Part shown: piece after piece, positions 55,226 through 64,000 of the stretch
Layout: every line of letters starts with the position of its first letter
Position numbering within the stretch: the first letter of the stretch is position 1
IMG/VR virus record: IMGVR_UViG_3300014839_000005
Location: 32,001-96,000 of that record
Length of the DNA stretch: 64,000 bases
Strand: one strand, 5' to 3'
Source of the DNA: a virus
Notes under the pieces: model-generated
What the model was told of the DNA's origin: nothing
Databases searched by the model: none
The model's input: the letters and a program-made list of their open reading frames with translations, nothing else
Translations under genes and position numbers: made by a program

Positions 55226-56803
55226 ATGAGACTTACTATTGGAATGCCGGCTTATAAAAATTTTACTGAAGTCTGGTTCACAGTTCAGTCTTTACGACTT
55301 TATCAAGATTTAACAGATTGTGAGATTTTAATCGTTGATAATTTTGGCGATAAAGATTTAGAAAACTTTGCAAAAAATGATGGAAATGGAATAGTACGTT
55401 ATGAGAAATTTACTAATATCGTAGGTACAAGTGAGGTAAGAAATAAAGTATTTGATTTTGCAAAAGGTGAAATGGTGTTATGTATGGATTCTCATGTCAT
55501 GCTTAAGCCTGGTGCATTAAAAAATATTCCAGTAACAGATAATTTAATTCATGGTCCCTTATTATATGATAACACCAAAGGTTATACCTGCGAATGGAAA
55601 CCAATATGGCGTGATCATATGTGGGGAATATGGGGTGATTATCTCAATAAACTTCCCGAACAGCCATTTGAAATATGGGGGGCTGGTCTTGGAATATTCT
55701 TAGCAAAGAAAAATTCATGGCTTCGTTTTAATGAAAATTTCAGAGGTTTCGGTGGTGAAGAAGGTTACATTCATGAGAAATATCGAAAAGCCGGCAGAAA
55801 GGTAATGTGCTATCCCAATCTTGTCTGGATGCATTTATTTAAAAAACCAATACCTTATCCATTAAATATGATTGATAGGGTTAGAAATTATATCATAGGC
55901 TTCGAAGAACTTGGTCTTGATACTAAACCAATACAAACTCAATTTGATGCTAAAATGGTAGCAGATGCATATCAATTAATTAAGAGTTCAAAGGTTGTAG
56001 TAGAAAAACCTCTCAGTAATAAAATATCCTGCGTAATGACTACCTATCGAAGATTTACCTGTGTAGAACGTTCAATTGCTATGTTCTTAAATCAGGATTA
56101 TAAGGGTGAATCAGAACTTATTATTTATAATACTGATATTGAACATGCTTTAATTTTGGGAGATAATTTAAAAAATAAGAATATAAAAATATTCAATTGC
56201 GCTATTGATTCCGTAACTCATCAACCATATACAAATATCGGCGCTATTCGAAGAGATGCTGTGGCAAAGGCAACTGGTGGATATTATATATGCTGGGATG
56301 ATGACGATATCTTTCTTCCATGGAATAATAGACAGGGAATGGATGGTATACAAAGGTATAAAACAAAAGCTTTTAAACCAGAACGTTCATTTTTTGCTAG
56401 AAAAACAGGAGTTGAACTTGCTAAAAATACAATGGAAGCCAGTGTTATTGTTTCATTGAAAGAAGTAAATTTTGCAATGAAGACTGGCTCAGAACACTTG
56501 CTATGGTATACAAGATTAAGAGATATGGGACAATTAAAAGAAAATTCTACTGATTCAGTACCAGGATATTCTTTTAATTGGAGCGATCCTCCACAAGTAG
56601 CTGGACATAAACAAAGTGGACAAATTGATAATCCTAATAATTTTGAGAATCATAAATTACAATCTACAGATTTCGCAAAACGACCATTAGAACTTATAAA
56701 TCTAAACGGTATCTATCAACCATATTATGATTATTTTAAAACACATAAAGATCAATTCAATCCCGAATATTATAATAAGTATGTAGTTCCATATCTTAAA
56801 TAA
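55226..56803 (+). CDS. Two-domain GT2-family glycosyltransferase
   Basis: LTIGMPAY..ILIVDN..CMDSH..GFGGEE; second domain ISCVMTTY..CWDDDD. Confidence 0.85.
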   Translation: MRLTIGMPAYKNFTEVWFTVQSLRLYQDLTDCEILIVDNFGDKDLENFAKNDGNGIVRYEKFTNIVGTSEVRNKVFDFAKGEMVLCMDSHVMLKPGALKNIPVTDNLIHGPLLYDNTKGYTCEWKPIWRDHMWGIWGDYLNKLPEQPFEIWGAGLGIFLAKKNSWLRFNENFRGFGGEEGYIHEKYRKAGRKVMCYPNLVWMHLFKKPIPYPLNMIDRVRNYIIGFEELGLDTKPIQTQFDAKMVADAYQLIKSSKVVVEKPLSNKISCVMTTYRRFTCVERSIAMFLNQDYKGESELIIYNTDIEHALILGDNLKNKNIKIFNCAIDSVTHQPYTNIGAIRRDAVAKATGGYYICWDDDDIFLPWNNRQGMDGIQRYKTKAFKPERSFFARKTGVELAKNTMEASVIVSLKEVNFAMKTGSEHLLWYTRLRDMGQLKENSTDSVPGYSFNWSDPPQVAGHKQSGQIDNPNNFENHKLQSTDFAKRPLELINLNGIYQPYYDYFKTHKDQFNPEYYNKYVVPYLK

Positions 56804-56815
56804 TGGAGGTAGTTA

Positions 56816-57388
56816 ATGGGCGATTTGACTAATAATATAAGTTATAAAGAATTAAGACCATTCGGAACTCCTGATACATGGAAACCCGCCTTTCCATTAC
56901 AAGAATTAATGATTAGAAATCTTGCTAAAAATATTCAAATTGTAATAGATAGAGTTGGTGGTCACGTTACTTTTTCAAGTGGAGTAAGAGAAGCGTCTGA
57001 TTATAATAGATTGGTTAAAGAAGGATATAATCCTTCTCCTAAATCAGATCATTTTTGTGGAAATATTGTTCCAGTTGACCCAATTCAACAGCCAGATAAC
57101 TATAAACAATTTGGCCCCTTTTATATGTTTGCTGTTGGGGCTGCTGATACAATCCCAACAATAATTATTAATGATTTTTTTAATGCTGCTGTTAATCTTA
57201 ATAAGATTGGAATAACTAATTTTGGGCAGGTAATACATGAGAAAGACCCTATAAAAAAAACAGAATGGGTTCATCTTTCAAATAATAAAAGTACATTTTT
57301 TTCTAAAGATATATGCAATATTGATCCTAAATCGCCATACTTATATACTATAGATGGCGGAAAAAGTTATAATGTATATAATGGATAA
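56816..57388 (+). CDS. Peptidase M15-like cell-wall hydrolase
   Basis: SSGVR, SDHFCG, AAD, EWVHLS. Confidence 0.7.
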   Translation: MGDLTNNISYKELRPFGTPDTWKPAFPLQELMIRNLAKNIQIVIDRVGGHVTFSSGVREASDYNRLVKEGYNPSPKSDHFCGNIVPVDPIQQPDNYKQFGPFYMFAVGAADTIPTIIINDFFNAAVNLNKIGITNFGQVIHEKDPIKKTEWVHLSNNKSTFFSKDICNIDPKSPYLYTIDGGKSYNVYNG

Positions 57389-57401
57389 CTAAAGGAATTT
57401 T

Positions 57402-59162
57402 ATGACTGTAAGCATTAGTTCAATACTTGTTAATGGTCAAATGGCGGCTACAGTATTAGTTGGAGAACAAGCAACTATTACTGTCGTAGTTCATAGTAAT
57501 ATAGGTGGAATGCGATATGATTGGTGGAAAGAAAATGAACTAGATGAAAACAGCCCATCTTATTTAGGCGAAGGAGATCATAATGGCAATTACATTATTC
57601 CTTCGTGTACATTAGAAAATAATGGAGAATATTGGTGTGAAATTTCAGATACAGATGGGCCAGATGTGTCGAGCAATGTTACACTTCATGTTTTAAGTAC
57701 TACGACAACAACCAGCACAACGCCGGTTCCTACTACAACTGGACCTACTACCACAACCACGCCGGCACCAACTACGACTACTACGATAGCGCCGTCAACC
57801 AGCACGACTCCAGAACCGACAACCACTACTACACCAGCGCCGACTACGACCACAACTACTACTCGCGCTCCCACTGATTATTTAACAGCATATATAGAAA
57901 TTAATGGGCTTCAATCTATACAGCTCCCATATCAAGCAACTGCTACAATAATAGTTTATACTACTGGTGTGGTTGGTACATTAACTTATGATTTTTATAA
58001 ATTAACTGATGATTATGATGACCCTATTCAATCAGGCCCAAATAATACATACGTTATAAATTCATGTGGAGAAAATGATGTTGGAGATTATTATTGCATT
58101 GTAACAGATGATATGAATTCTACTGATAGAACTGATTGGAAATCTGTATTAGCAGGTTATGTTTATTTATTGGTTTATGGATATCCTACAACTACTACGA
58201 CAACCACAACGACCTCAACAACTACAACTACTTCTACAAGTACAACAGCGGCTCCTCAACCAGCAGAAGCTACTACGACAAGATATCCGCCTGTTACAAC
58301 GACAACACTTCCGCCAAGTACATTAACTAGTAAGATTTGTTTTTCTGAATTAGAGGTAATTAAAACTATAGAGAATTCTCATTATCTTGAATGGAATATA
58401 ATTCCTGATCCAACAATTCCAACTGAAGTAGTTGATGATTACAATTTCAGAATATGGTATAGTAGAAATCCAGAATTTGGATTTGTTGATTTAGGTGTTT
58501 TAATCGATGGAGCCATAGGCCCATTATCGTATACACATACAGAAATTCAATATGATTTCAGTCAAGACCATTATTATAAAATTGAATTAATTGCTAAAGC
58601 CGATTCTAATGCTTATAAATTTTCTGAAATGCAATTTATAGGAGAAAATTTTAATGGATTACATGATACAATGCGATATGCCGAATCATTATTATATGAA
58701 TATTATGATGGGGAGCCATCATATATAGTAAAAAAGAAAGTTACAGGAGCACACTGTCCAGAATGTTGGAGTACTTTTAGACAGCAAAGAATTAAGACAG
58801 TTTGCAATACTTGTCATGGTAGTGGTTTTGCTGATGGATATTATAGCGCCATTCTTGTACAAATGGCTTATGATGCTGATCCTAAACAATCAAAACTTGA
58901 AGAAACATCTGAAGATTTAACAGTAACTCTTCAAGCAAGAATATCAAATTATCCATTAATAAGAAATAAAGATATAATTATAAATAAAGATACAAGAAAA
59001 CGTTATATAGTTTTAAAAGTAAACGTAACAAAACTACCTAAATTAAGCGAAAATCATCATATATATTCTAAACAAAATTATGTTATAAGTCAAATATTAT
59101 GGCTTAAAGAATTAAATTCTTCTGATATTCAGTATAATATTAATGTGCCAGGTTTAGAATGA
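57402..59162 (+). CDS. Structural protein with two Ig-like domains, Thr-rich linkers and a C-terminal CxxC domain
   Basis: YDWWK...NNGEYWCEI; DVGDYYCIV; poly-Thr at about 57700-57865 and 58190-58320; CPEC...CNTCHGSG. Confidence 0.75.
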   Translation: MTVSISSILVNGQMAATVLVGEQATITVVVHSNIGGMRYDWWKENELDENSPSYLGEGDHNGNYIIPSCTLENNGEYWCEISDTDGPDVSSNVTLHVLSTTTTTSTTPVPTTTGPTTTTTPAPTTTTTIAPSTSTTPEPTTTTTPAPTTTTTTTRAPTDYLTAYIEINGLQSIQLPYQATATIIVYTTGVVGTLTYDFYKLTDDYDDPIQSGPNNTYVINSCGENDVGDYYCIVTDDMNSTDRTDWKSVLAGYVYLLVYGYPTTTTTTTTTSTTTTTSTSTTAAPQPAEATTTRYPPVTTTTLPPSTLTSKICFSELEVIKTIENSHYLEWNIIPDPTIPTEVVDDYNFRIWYSRNPEFGFVDLGVLIDGAIGPLSYTHTEIQYDFSQDHYYKIELIAKADSNAYKFSEMQFIGENFNGLHDTMRYAESLLYEYYDGEPSYIVKKKVTGAHCPECWSTFRQQRIKTVCNTCHGSGFADGYYSAILVQMAYDADPKQSKLEETSEDLTVTLQARISNYPLIRNKDIIINKDTRKRYIVLKVNVTKLPKLSENHHIYSKQNYVISQILWLKELNSSDIQYNINVPGLE

Positions 59163-59773
59163 AAACTTTTATTTACGCATTAATAGATCCTAAAAAACAA
59201 CAAGAATTTCATATTTATATTGGTAAAAGTAATAATCCATATTTAAGATATTATCAACATTTAAAAGATAAAAATCATACATATAAAACTTGTTGGATTA
59301 AATCATTATTAATAAACAAATTAGTTCCTGATATTCAAATATTAGAACAGTGTAATGTAAAAGATTGGGAAAATAAAGAAAAATCTTGGATTACTTTTTA
59401 TAAAAATTGTGGATATATAGTTGTTAATTCTACCGATGGTGGAGAAAGTGGCCCCTTTACTGAAGAACATCGAAAAAAAATTAGTGATAGTAAAAAAGGA
59501 CAATTACCATGGATTTCTGGAAAACATCATTCAAAAAAATCAAAAATTAAAATGAGTTTATCACACAAAAATCAAACTCCTTATTGGAGGGGTAAACATC
59601 TTAGTGAAGTAACAAAAAAGAAATTAAGAGATTTTAATAATGGAAAACATCTCTCTAAAAAAACTAAAAATAAAATTAGAAAAGCTAGATTAGGAAAACA
59701 TCATAATATAAAATCTATTCAAAAAATGAAAAAAATTAAATTACAATATTGGAAAAATCGTAAATCTAATTAG
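59159..59773 (+). CDS. GIY-YIG homing endonuclease with NUMOD3-like repeats
   Basis: FIYAL...YIGKS; repeated GKHHS/GKHLS..TKKK. Confidence 0.85.
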   Translation: MKTFIYALIDPKKQQEFHIYIGKSNNPYLRYYQHLKDKNHTYKTCWIKSLLINKLVPDIQILEQCNVKDWENKEKSWITFYKNCGYIVVNSTDGGESGPFTEEHRKKISDSKKGQLPWISGKHHSKKSKIKMSLSHKNQTPYWRGKHLSEVTKKKLRDFNNGKHLSKKTKNKIRKARLGKHHNIKSIQKMKKIKLQYWKNRKSN

Positions 59774-59784
59774 GAGTTAATAGT

Positions 59785-60648
59785 ATGGTACAGACCAGTG
59801 TTATTATTCCTTCAAGGAATGAAATTTTCTTACAAAAAACTATTGATGATATCTTTGAAAAAGCCACAAAAGATATTGAAGTAATAGCAGTCCTTGATGG
59901 TTATTGGCCGAATCCCCCATTAAAAGATGTTAAGAATTTAACTCTTATCCATGTTACAGACGCACAAGGAATGAGGCCGGCAATTAATTCTGCTGCTAGA
60001 ATTGCCAATGGAAAATACTTAATGAAACTTGATGCTCATTGTATGCTTGATAAGGGCTTTGATGAGAAGATGGCCTCCAATTGCGATGTGGATTGGGTTT
60101 CAATACCTCGTAGATACAGTTTGGACGGCGAGGCATGGAAGATAGCTGAAACTGGAAGGCCACCCGTTGATGCTCATTATTTAACATATCCTTATTTAAA
60201 ACCAGAAGAAATCGGTATGCATGGAGATGTATGGAAAGAACGTGCCGCTAAAAATATTGATACTCCGATACTTGATGAGATGTCGTCTCAAGGCTCTTGC
60301 TGGTTTATGCATAAAGAATATTTCTGGAAATTCGGAGGAATGACTTGCGAAGGATATGGAAATTTTGTACAGGAAGCTCAGGAAATATGTAATAGAACAT
60401 GGCTTTCTGGAGGTAGAGTTATATGCAATAAAAACACATGGTATGCCCATCTTCATAAAGGTAAAAAGTATGGCAGAGGATATTATATCTCGAAACAAAA
60501 AATGGTTGATGGTGCAATTTTTTCAGCTGATTATTGGATGAATAATAAATGGCCAGGAAGAACTAAAGATATAGAATGGTTAATTGATAAATTCTGGCCT
60601 GTTCCAACGTGGCCTGAGAATTGGAAGGAGCTGCGTAAGCCAAAATGA
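59785..60648 (+). CDS. GT2-family glycosyltransferase
   Basis: SVIIPSRNE, VLDG, MKLDAHC. Confidence 0.85.
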   Translation: MVQTSVIIPSRNEIFLQKTIDDIFEKATKDIEVIAVLDGYWPNPPLKDVKNLTLIHVTDAQGMRPAINSAARIANGKYLMKLDAHCMLDKGFDEKMASNCDVDWVSIPRRYSLDGEAWKIAETGRPPVDAHYLTYPYLKPEEIGMHGDVWKERAAKNIDTPILDEMSSQGSCWFMHKEYFWKFGGMTCEGYGNFVQEAQEICNRTWLSGGRVICNKNTWYAHLHKGKKYGRGYYISKQKMVDGAIFSADYWMNNKWPGRTKDIEWLIDKFWPVPTWPENWKELRKPK

Positions 60649-61370
60649 TTAATGGAAGTAAAATTGGTATAGTAACTGGTGTTATGAATCGTCTAATTTA
60701 TCTTTCGCAATCTCTTCCAACATGGGTTAAATTAAAGGAAATCGATAAAATAGTAATAGTTGATTGGAATTCTGAAGAAGATATTATTCCATTAATAAAC
60801 AGTATAAATGACAGTAGAGTATATGTTGCACGAATTCCTAATCAACAATACTGGGATCCAGGAAGAGTATTTAATATAGGGACAAGATTTTCAGATACAG
60901 ATTTTGTTTTTATCACTGGTTGTGATATTAAAATAAACTATCCATGTTTTGATTCTATCAAACCGCTTCCAAGTAAAGAATTTTATATAAGATCAGATAA
61001 ATGGAAGGGGGCCCCTCATAAACTCAGGGGATTATATGGTACATGCATATTTCAAAAGAAAATGTGGATGGAAACTGGTGGATATATAGAAGAAAAAAAA
61101 TCATATGGATTAGAGGATTCAAATTTTTTTACAAGAGCCCAAGAATTTGGTTATACTCAAATTAAATGTTTAACAGCAAATCAAATAACACACATATCTC
61201 ATGGATATGATATAAGGCAAAAATATTATAAAGAAAAATATGATAATATTCAAGATGCAGTTCGTTTATCAGAACAACAACTGAATGAAATTGGAAAACA
61301 TAGAGGAATGAAAATAATGCATGGACTTGTTTATCATAATGGAGCGTGGAGTAACATTCAACCAATTTAA
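60645..61370 (+). CDS. GT2/GT7-like glycosyltransferase
   Basis: IVIVDWNS, GCD, GGYIE..YGLED. Confidence 0.8.
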   Translation: MINGSKIGIVTGVMNRLIYLSQSLPTWVKLKEIDKIVIVDWNSEEDIIPLINSINDSRVYVARIPNQQYWDPGRVFNIGTRFSDTDFVFITGCDIKINYPCFDSIKPLPSKEFYIRSDKWKGAPHKLRGLYGTCIFQKKMWMETGGYIEEKKSYGLEDSNFFTRAQEFGYTQIKCLTANQITHISHGYDIRQKYYKEKYDNIQDAVRLSEQQLNEIGKHRGMKIMHGLVYHNGAWSNIQPI

Positions 61371-61381
61371 GGGATGCTATC

Positions 61382-61987
61382 ATGGATACTGTAGAAAAAA
61401 TTTTAGGAAAATATGATAAATTGAATTATTCTGGAGAAATGCCAATACAGCTTTCAATTGATCGTGAAAATTTTTCTGAATTGTTTTGTGAACTTAATCT
61501 TAAAATTGGAGCAGAGATAGGTGTTGAACAAGGTGCTTTTTCGGAATCTTTATGTCAAAACAATCCCCATGTTAAACATTTTGCTATTGATCCATGGAAA
61601 GCTTATCATGGATATCGTGACCATGTTAATCAGGAAAAACTTAACAGATTTTTTGAAGCAACAAAAGAAAGACTTTTATCTAAATATGACTGCATAATAA
61701 TGAGGGAATTCAGTCTTGATATAGTCAAAACATTTAAAGATGAATCACTTGATTATATTTATATCGATGCAAATCATACCTTTCAAAATTTTACAAATGA
61801 TTTATGTGAATGGTCTAAAAAAGTAAGAGTTGGCGGAATAATATCAGGACATGATTATCATAAAGAGGGAACTCAGGTTAATAACCATGTATTTCAAGTA
61901 ATTAATGCTTATACTGATGCATATTTTATTAAACCTTGGTTTGTGACATCAGAACGTTCCAAATCATTCTTTTGGGTAAAACAATGA
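61382..61987 (+). CDS. Class I SAM-dependent methyltransferase
   Basis: GAEIGVEQG, LDYIYIDANH, GGIISGHDY. Confidence 0.85.
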   Translation: MDTVEKILGKYDKLNYSGEMPIQLSIDRENFSELFCELNLKIGAEIGVEQGAFSESLCQNNPHVKHFAIDPWKAYHGYRDHVNQEKLNRFFEATKERLLSKYDCIIMREFSLDIVKTFKDESLDYIYIDANHTFQNFTNDLCEWSKKVRVGGIISGHDYHKEGTQVNNHVFQVINAYTDAYFIKPWFVTSERSKSFFWVKQ

Positions 61988-62634
61988 TACAATCAACAGT
62001 GGTTTATTATACTTCTAATACTGAAAATGAACAATTTGAAAAAAAGATAAGAGATGAAATTTGGAAAAATAAGGGTGAGCTATCACTTATTTCAGTATCA
62101 AGAAAACCTATTGATTTTGGAACGAATATATGTGTAGGTGAAATACCTTATTGTGATATGTCAGCATTTAAACAATTACTTATTGGATTAAAAGAAGTTA
62201 AAACAGAATTTGCTCATGCAGCAGAATCCGATGTTTTATATCCTCCAGAATATTTTTCATTTATTCCTCCAACAAATGATAACGTATACAGATATAAGAA
62301 TGTATGGGTATTCTGGGGATGGGTTGGAAATTTTCACAAAAATTTGTTTTGGAAAAAACAATATACAGAAGGTGCCCAGTGTTGTGGAACAGCATTTTGG
62401 ATTAAATCTCTGGAAAAGTTATTAAAATTACTTGAAACAAATAAAATAAGGGCAGAAGCGTTTCATACTTTTGATTTATTTAATTGGGTTGCACAAAATC
62501 CAGTTATTACTATAAAAACAGGACATAGTTTAAGAAATAGAACCAGCACATATAATATATCGACAGATACGCTCCCATATTGGGGAACTGCTACTGACCT
62601 TAGAAATAGATTGTGGGGAAACAATGAGATTTAA
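61984..62634 (+). CDS. Glycosyltransferase-like protein, paralog of 63127..63822
   Basis: AESDVLYPPEYF; LISVSRKPIDFGTNICVG shared with 63127; ATGA overlap start (track 61936). Confidence 0.7.
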   Translation: MIQSTVVYYTSNTENEQFEKKIRDEIWKNKGELSLISVSRKPIDFGTNICVGEIPYCDMSAFKQLLIGLKEVKTEFAHAAESDVLYPPEYFSFIPPTNDNVYRYKNVWVFWGWVGNFHKNLFWKKQYTEGAQCCGTAFWIKSLEKLLKLLETNKIRAEAFHTFDLFNWVAQNPVITIKTGHSLRNRTSTYNISTDTLPYWGTATDLRNRLWGNNEI

Positions 62635-63124
62635 TATGGCCTGGGGTACACATATGCCTGTTCTGATTAATTTAACAAACAAAACAAGCGGTCCAATACT
62701 TGAATTAGGAACTGGTTTGTATAGTACTCCATATCTGCATTGGGCATGTTTTGATAAAAAAAGGACACTTGTATCATATGATAGCGAAGAAAAATATTTT
62801 AATCTTAGTACACAATATCGTTCTGATTTTCATGAAGTAAATTTTGTCACTAATTGGGATGAAATACCAATATCAGATAAAAAATGGGATATAGCTTTTA
62901 TAGATAATCATCCTGCTGAAAAAAGAAAAGATTTAGCATTAAAAGTAAAAGATTGTGCTCGTTTTATTATTCTTCATGATGCGTGGTGGAAAGAAGATTA
63001 TGCCTATCATTATAAGGAAATTTATCCATTATTTAAATATATTTATATCCATCCCGTTACAAGAAAAGGCCCATCAGCAATTTTAAGTAATTTCGAAAAT
63101 ACTGAAGTTTTTTATAAGAGTTAA
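62624..63124 (+). CDS. Methyltransferase-like protein
   Basis: ILELGTG, WDIAFID, IILHD. Confidence 0.7.
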   Translation: MRFNMAWGTHMPVLINLTNKTSGPILELGTGLYSTPYLHWACFDKKRTLVSYDSEEKYFNLSTQYRSDFHEVNFVTNWDEIPISDKKWDIAFIDNHPAEKRKDLALKVKDCARFIILHDAWWKEDYAYHYKEIYPLFKYIYIHPVTRKGPSAILSNFENTEVFYKS

Positions 63125-63126
63125 AT

Positions 63127-63822
63127 ATGAATGATATTACCATTGTTTATTATACTGCAAATTTTATCAATAGTTTTTCAGCTGAAGCTATTAGAAATCA
63201 ATTATTAATCGCAAAAGGTGATATACCGCTTATAAGTGTTTCTCAAAAACCTATTAATTTTGGTGAAAATATTTGTGTTGGAAATATAGGAAGATCACAA
63301 ATTAATATTTATAGACAAGTTCTTATTGGCGCAAAAGCTGTTAAAACAAAATATGTAGCCCTATGTGAAGATGATTGTCTTTACTCACCAAGTCATTTTA
63401 CTTGCTTCAGACCTAAAGATAATGAGTTTGCATATAATTGGAATCGCTGGGGACTTTATACATGGTCGAGGCCTCCTGTATTTTCAAATAAACATAGAAT
63501 TGTTTTAAGTAATTGTATTGCTCCTAAAGATTTAATAATTGAAACATCTGAGGAGCGATTTGCCAGATATCCAGATGAAAGTCAAATACCATTACATCAT
63601 TTTGCTGAATTTGGAAAATATGAGAAATGGATGAATATTACAAGAAGACCTGTTGTAATATTTGAATCTCCAGAACCAACTGTTATGTTTTCTCATCCTG
63701 AAGCATTAGGTTTTGCGGGTCTTGGAACAAGAAAGGGACTTGGCGGTGATCGTTGTTTTGAACTTCCATATTGGGGAACAGCAAAAGATGTTTTAAAAAA
63801 GTATTTTGGTATTGAGGTATAA
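63127..63822 (+). CDS. Glycosyltransferase-like protein
   Basis: CEDDCLYSPSHF; LISVSQKPINFGENICVG. Confidence 0.7.
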   Translation: MNDITIVYYTANFINSFSAEAIRNQLLIAKGDIPLISVSQKPINFGENICVGNIGRSQINIYRQVLIGAKAVKTKYVALCEDDCLYSPSHFTCFRPKDNEFAYNWNRWGLYTWSRPPVFSNKHRIVLSNCIAPKDLIIETSEERFARYPDESQIPLHHFAEFGKYEKWMNITRRPVVIFESPEPTVMFSHPEALGFAGLGTRKGLGGDRCFELPYWGTAKDVLKKYFGIEV

Positions 63823-63827
63823 ATAAT

Positions 63828-64000
63828 ATGAAAATTGCAATTATAACAGCAAATTTAGGACATTTTGATCCTCCTTCTTATATTGTTCCTCAGATACCAA
63901 TAGAAAATGTTGAAATAGATATACATAGATTTGATGATAATAATTTTCCTCCAAGAATTAAAGCAATGACTCCAAGACTTCAAGCAAGAATTCCTAAAAT
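63828..64000 (+). CDS. Partial ORF, probably another GT-like protein
   Basis: MKIAIITANLGHFD... open to the window end. Confidence 0.5.
   Translation, partial: MKIAIITANLGHFDPPSYIVPQIPIENVEIDIHRFDDNNFPPRIKAMTPRLQARIPK

Noticed and set aside
51344-57874. Antisense ORFs 51344..51781, 54044..54331 and 57686..57874
   Set aside because: These are by-products of low-complexity coding repeats on the opposite strand.
51499-58320. Ser/Thr repeats as CRISPR or non-coding arrays
   Set aside because: They are in-frame coding repeats with synonymous variation and no unique spacers. I saw no CRISPR array or cas gene in the window.
1-64000. tRNA or rRNA genes; portal protein
   Set aside because: No cloverleaf or rRNA-like segment was recognised by eye. 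No ORF could be assigned as portal on motif evidence (27587..29836 was considered but is unsupported).

Overview
AT-rich segment of a large tailed dsDNA bacteriophage, probably jumbo-type; no cellular housekeeping genes were recognised. The left arm (1-13.5 kb, minus strand) holds small accessory genes: an eight-member tandem paralog array, an SPFH protein, and a non-autonomous IS200/IS605 tnpB element that splits a small gene. From 13.6 kb, mostly on the plus strand, come a single-chain beta-beta' RNA polymerase, a LigD-phosphoesterase/ATP-dependent DNA ligase flanked by two endonuclease VII-type genes, about 20 proteins sharing a 'KI(A/S)xxAFxDELxKI(A/S)' leader, the terminase, a head module (putative protease, scaffold, three decoration paralogs, major capsid), Ser/Thr-rich structural proteins and a glycosyltransferase/methyltransferase cluster. 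The best candidate for a new system is a minus-strand operon at 32045-35400: DHH phosphoesterase, retron-type reverse transcriptase (with a Cys-rich insertion), RNase H, an 84-aa protein, a retron-like msr-msd ncRNA placed DOWNSTREAM of the genes, and a terminator. It looks like a self-contained phage retron carrying its own RNase H. All family assignments are by eye from motifs; no database searches or folding programs were run.
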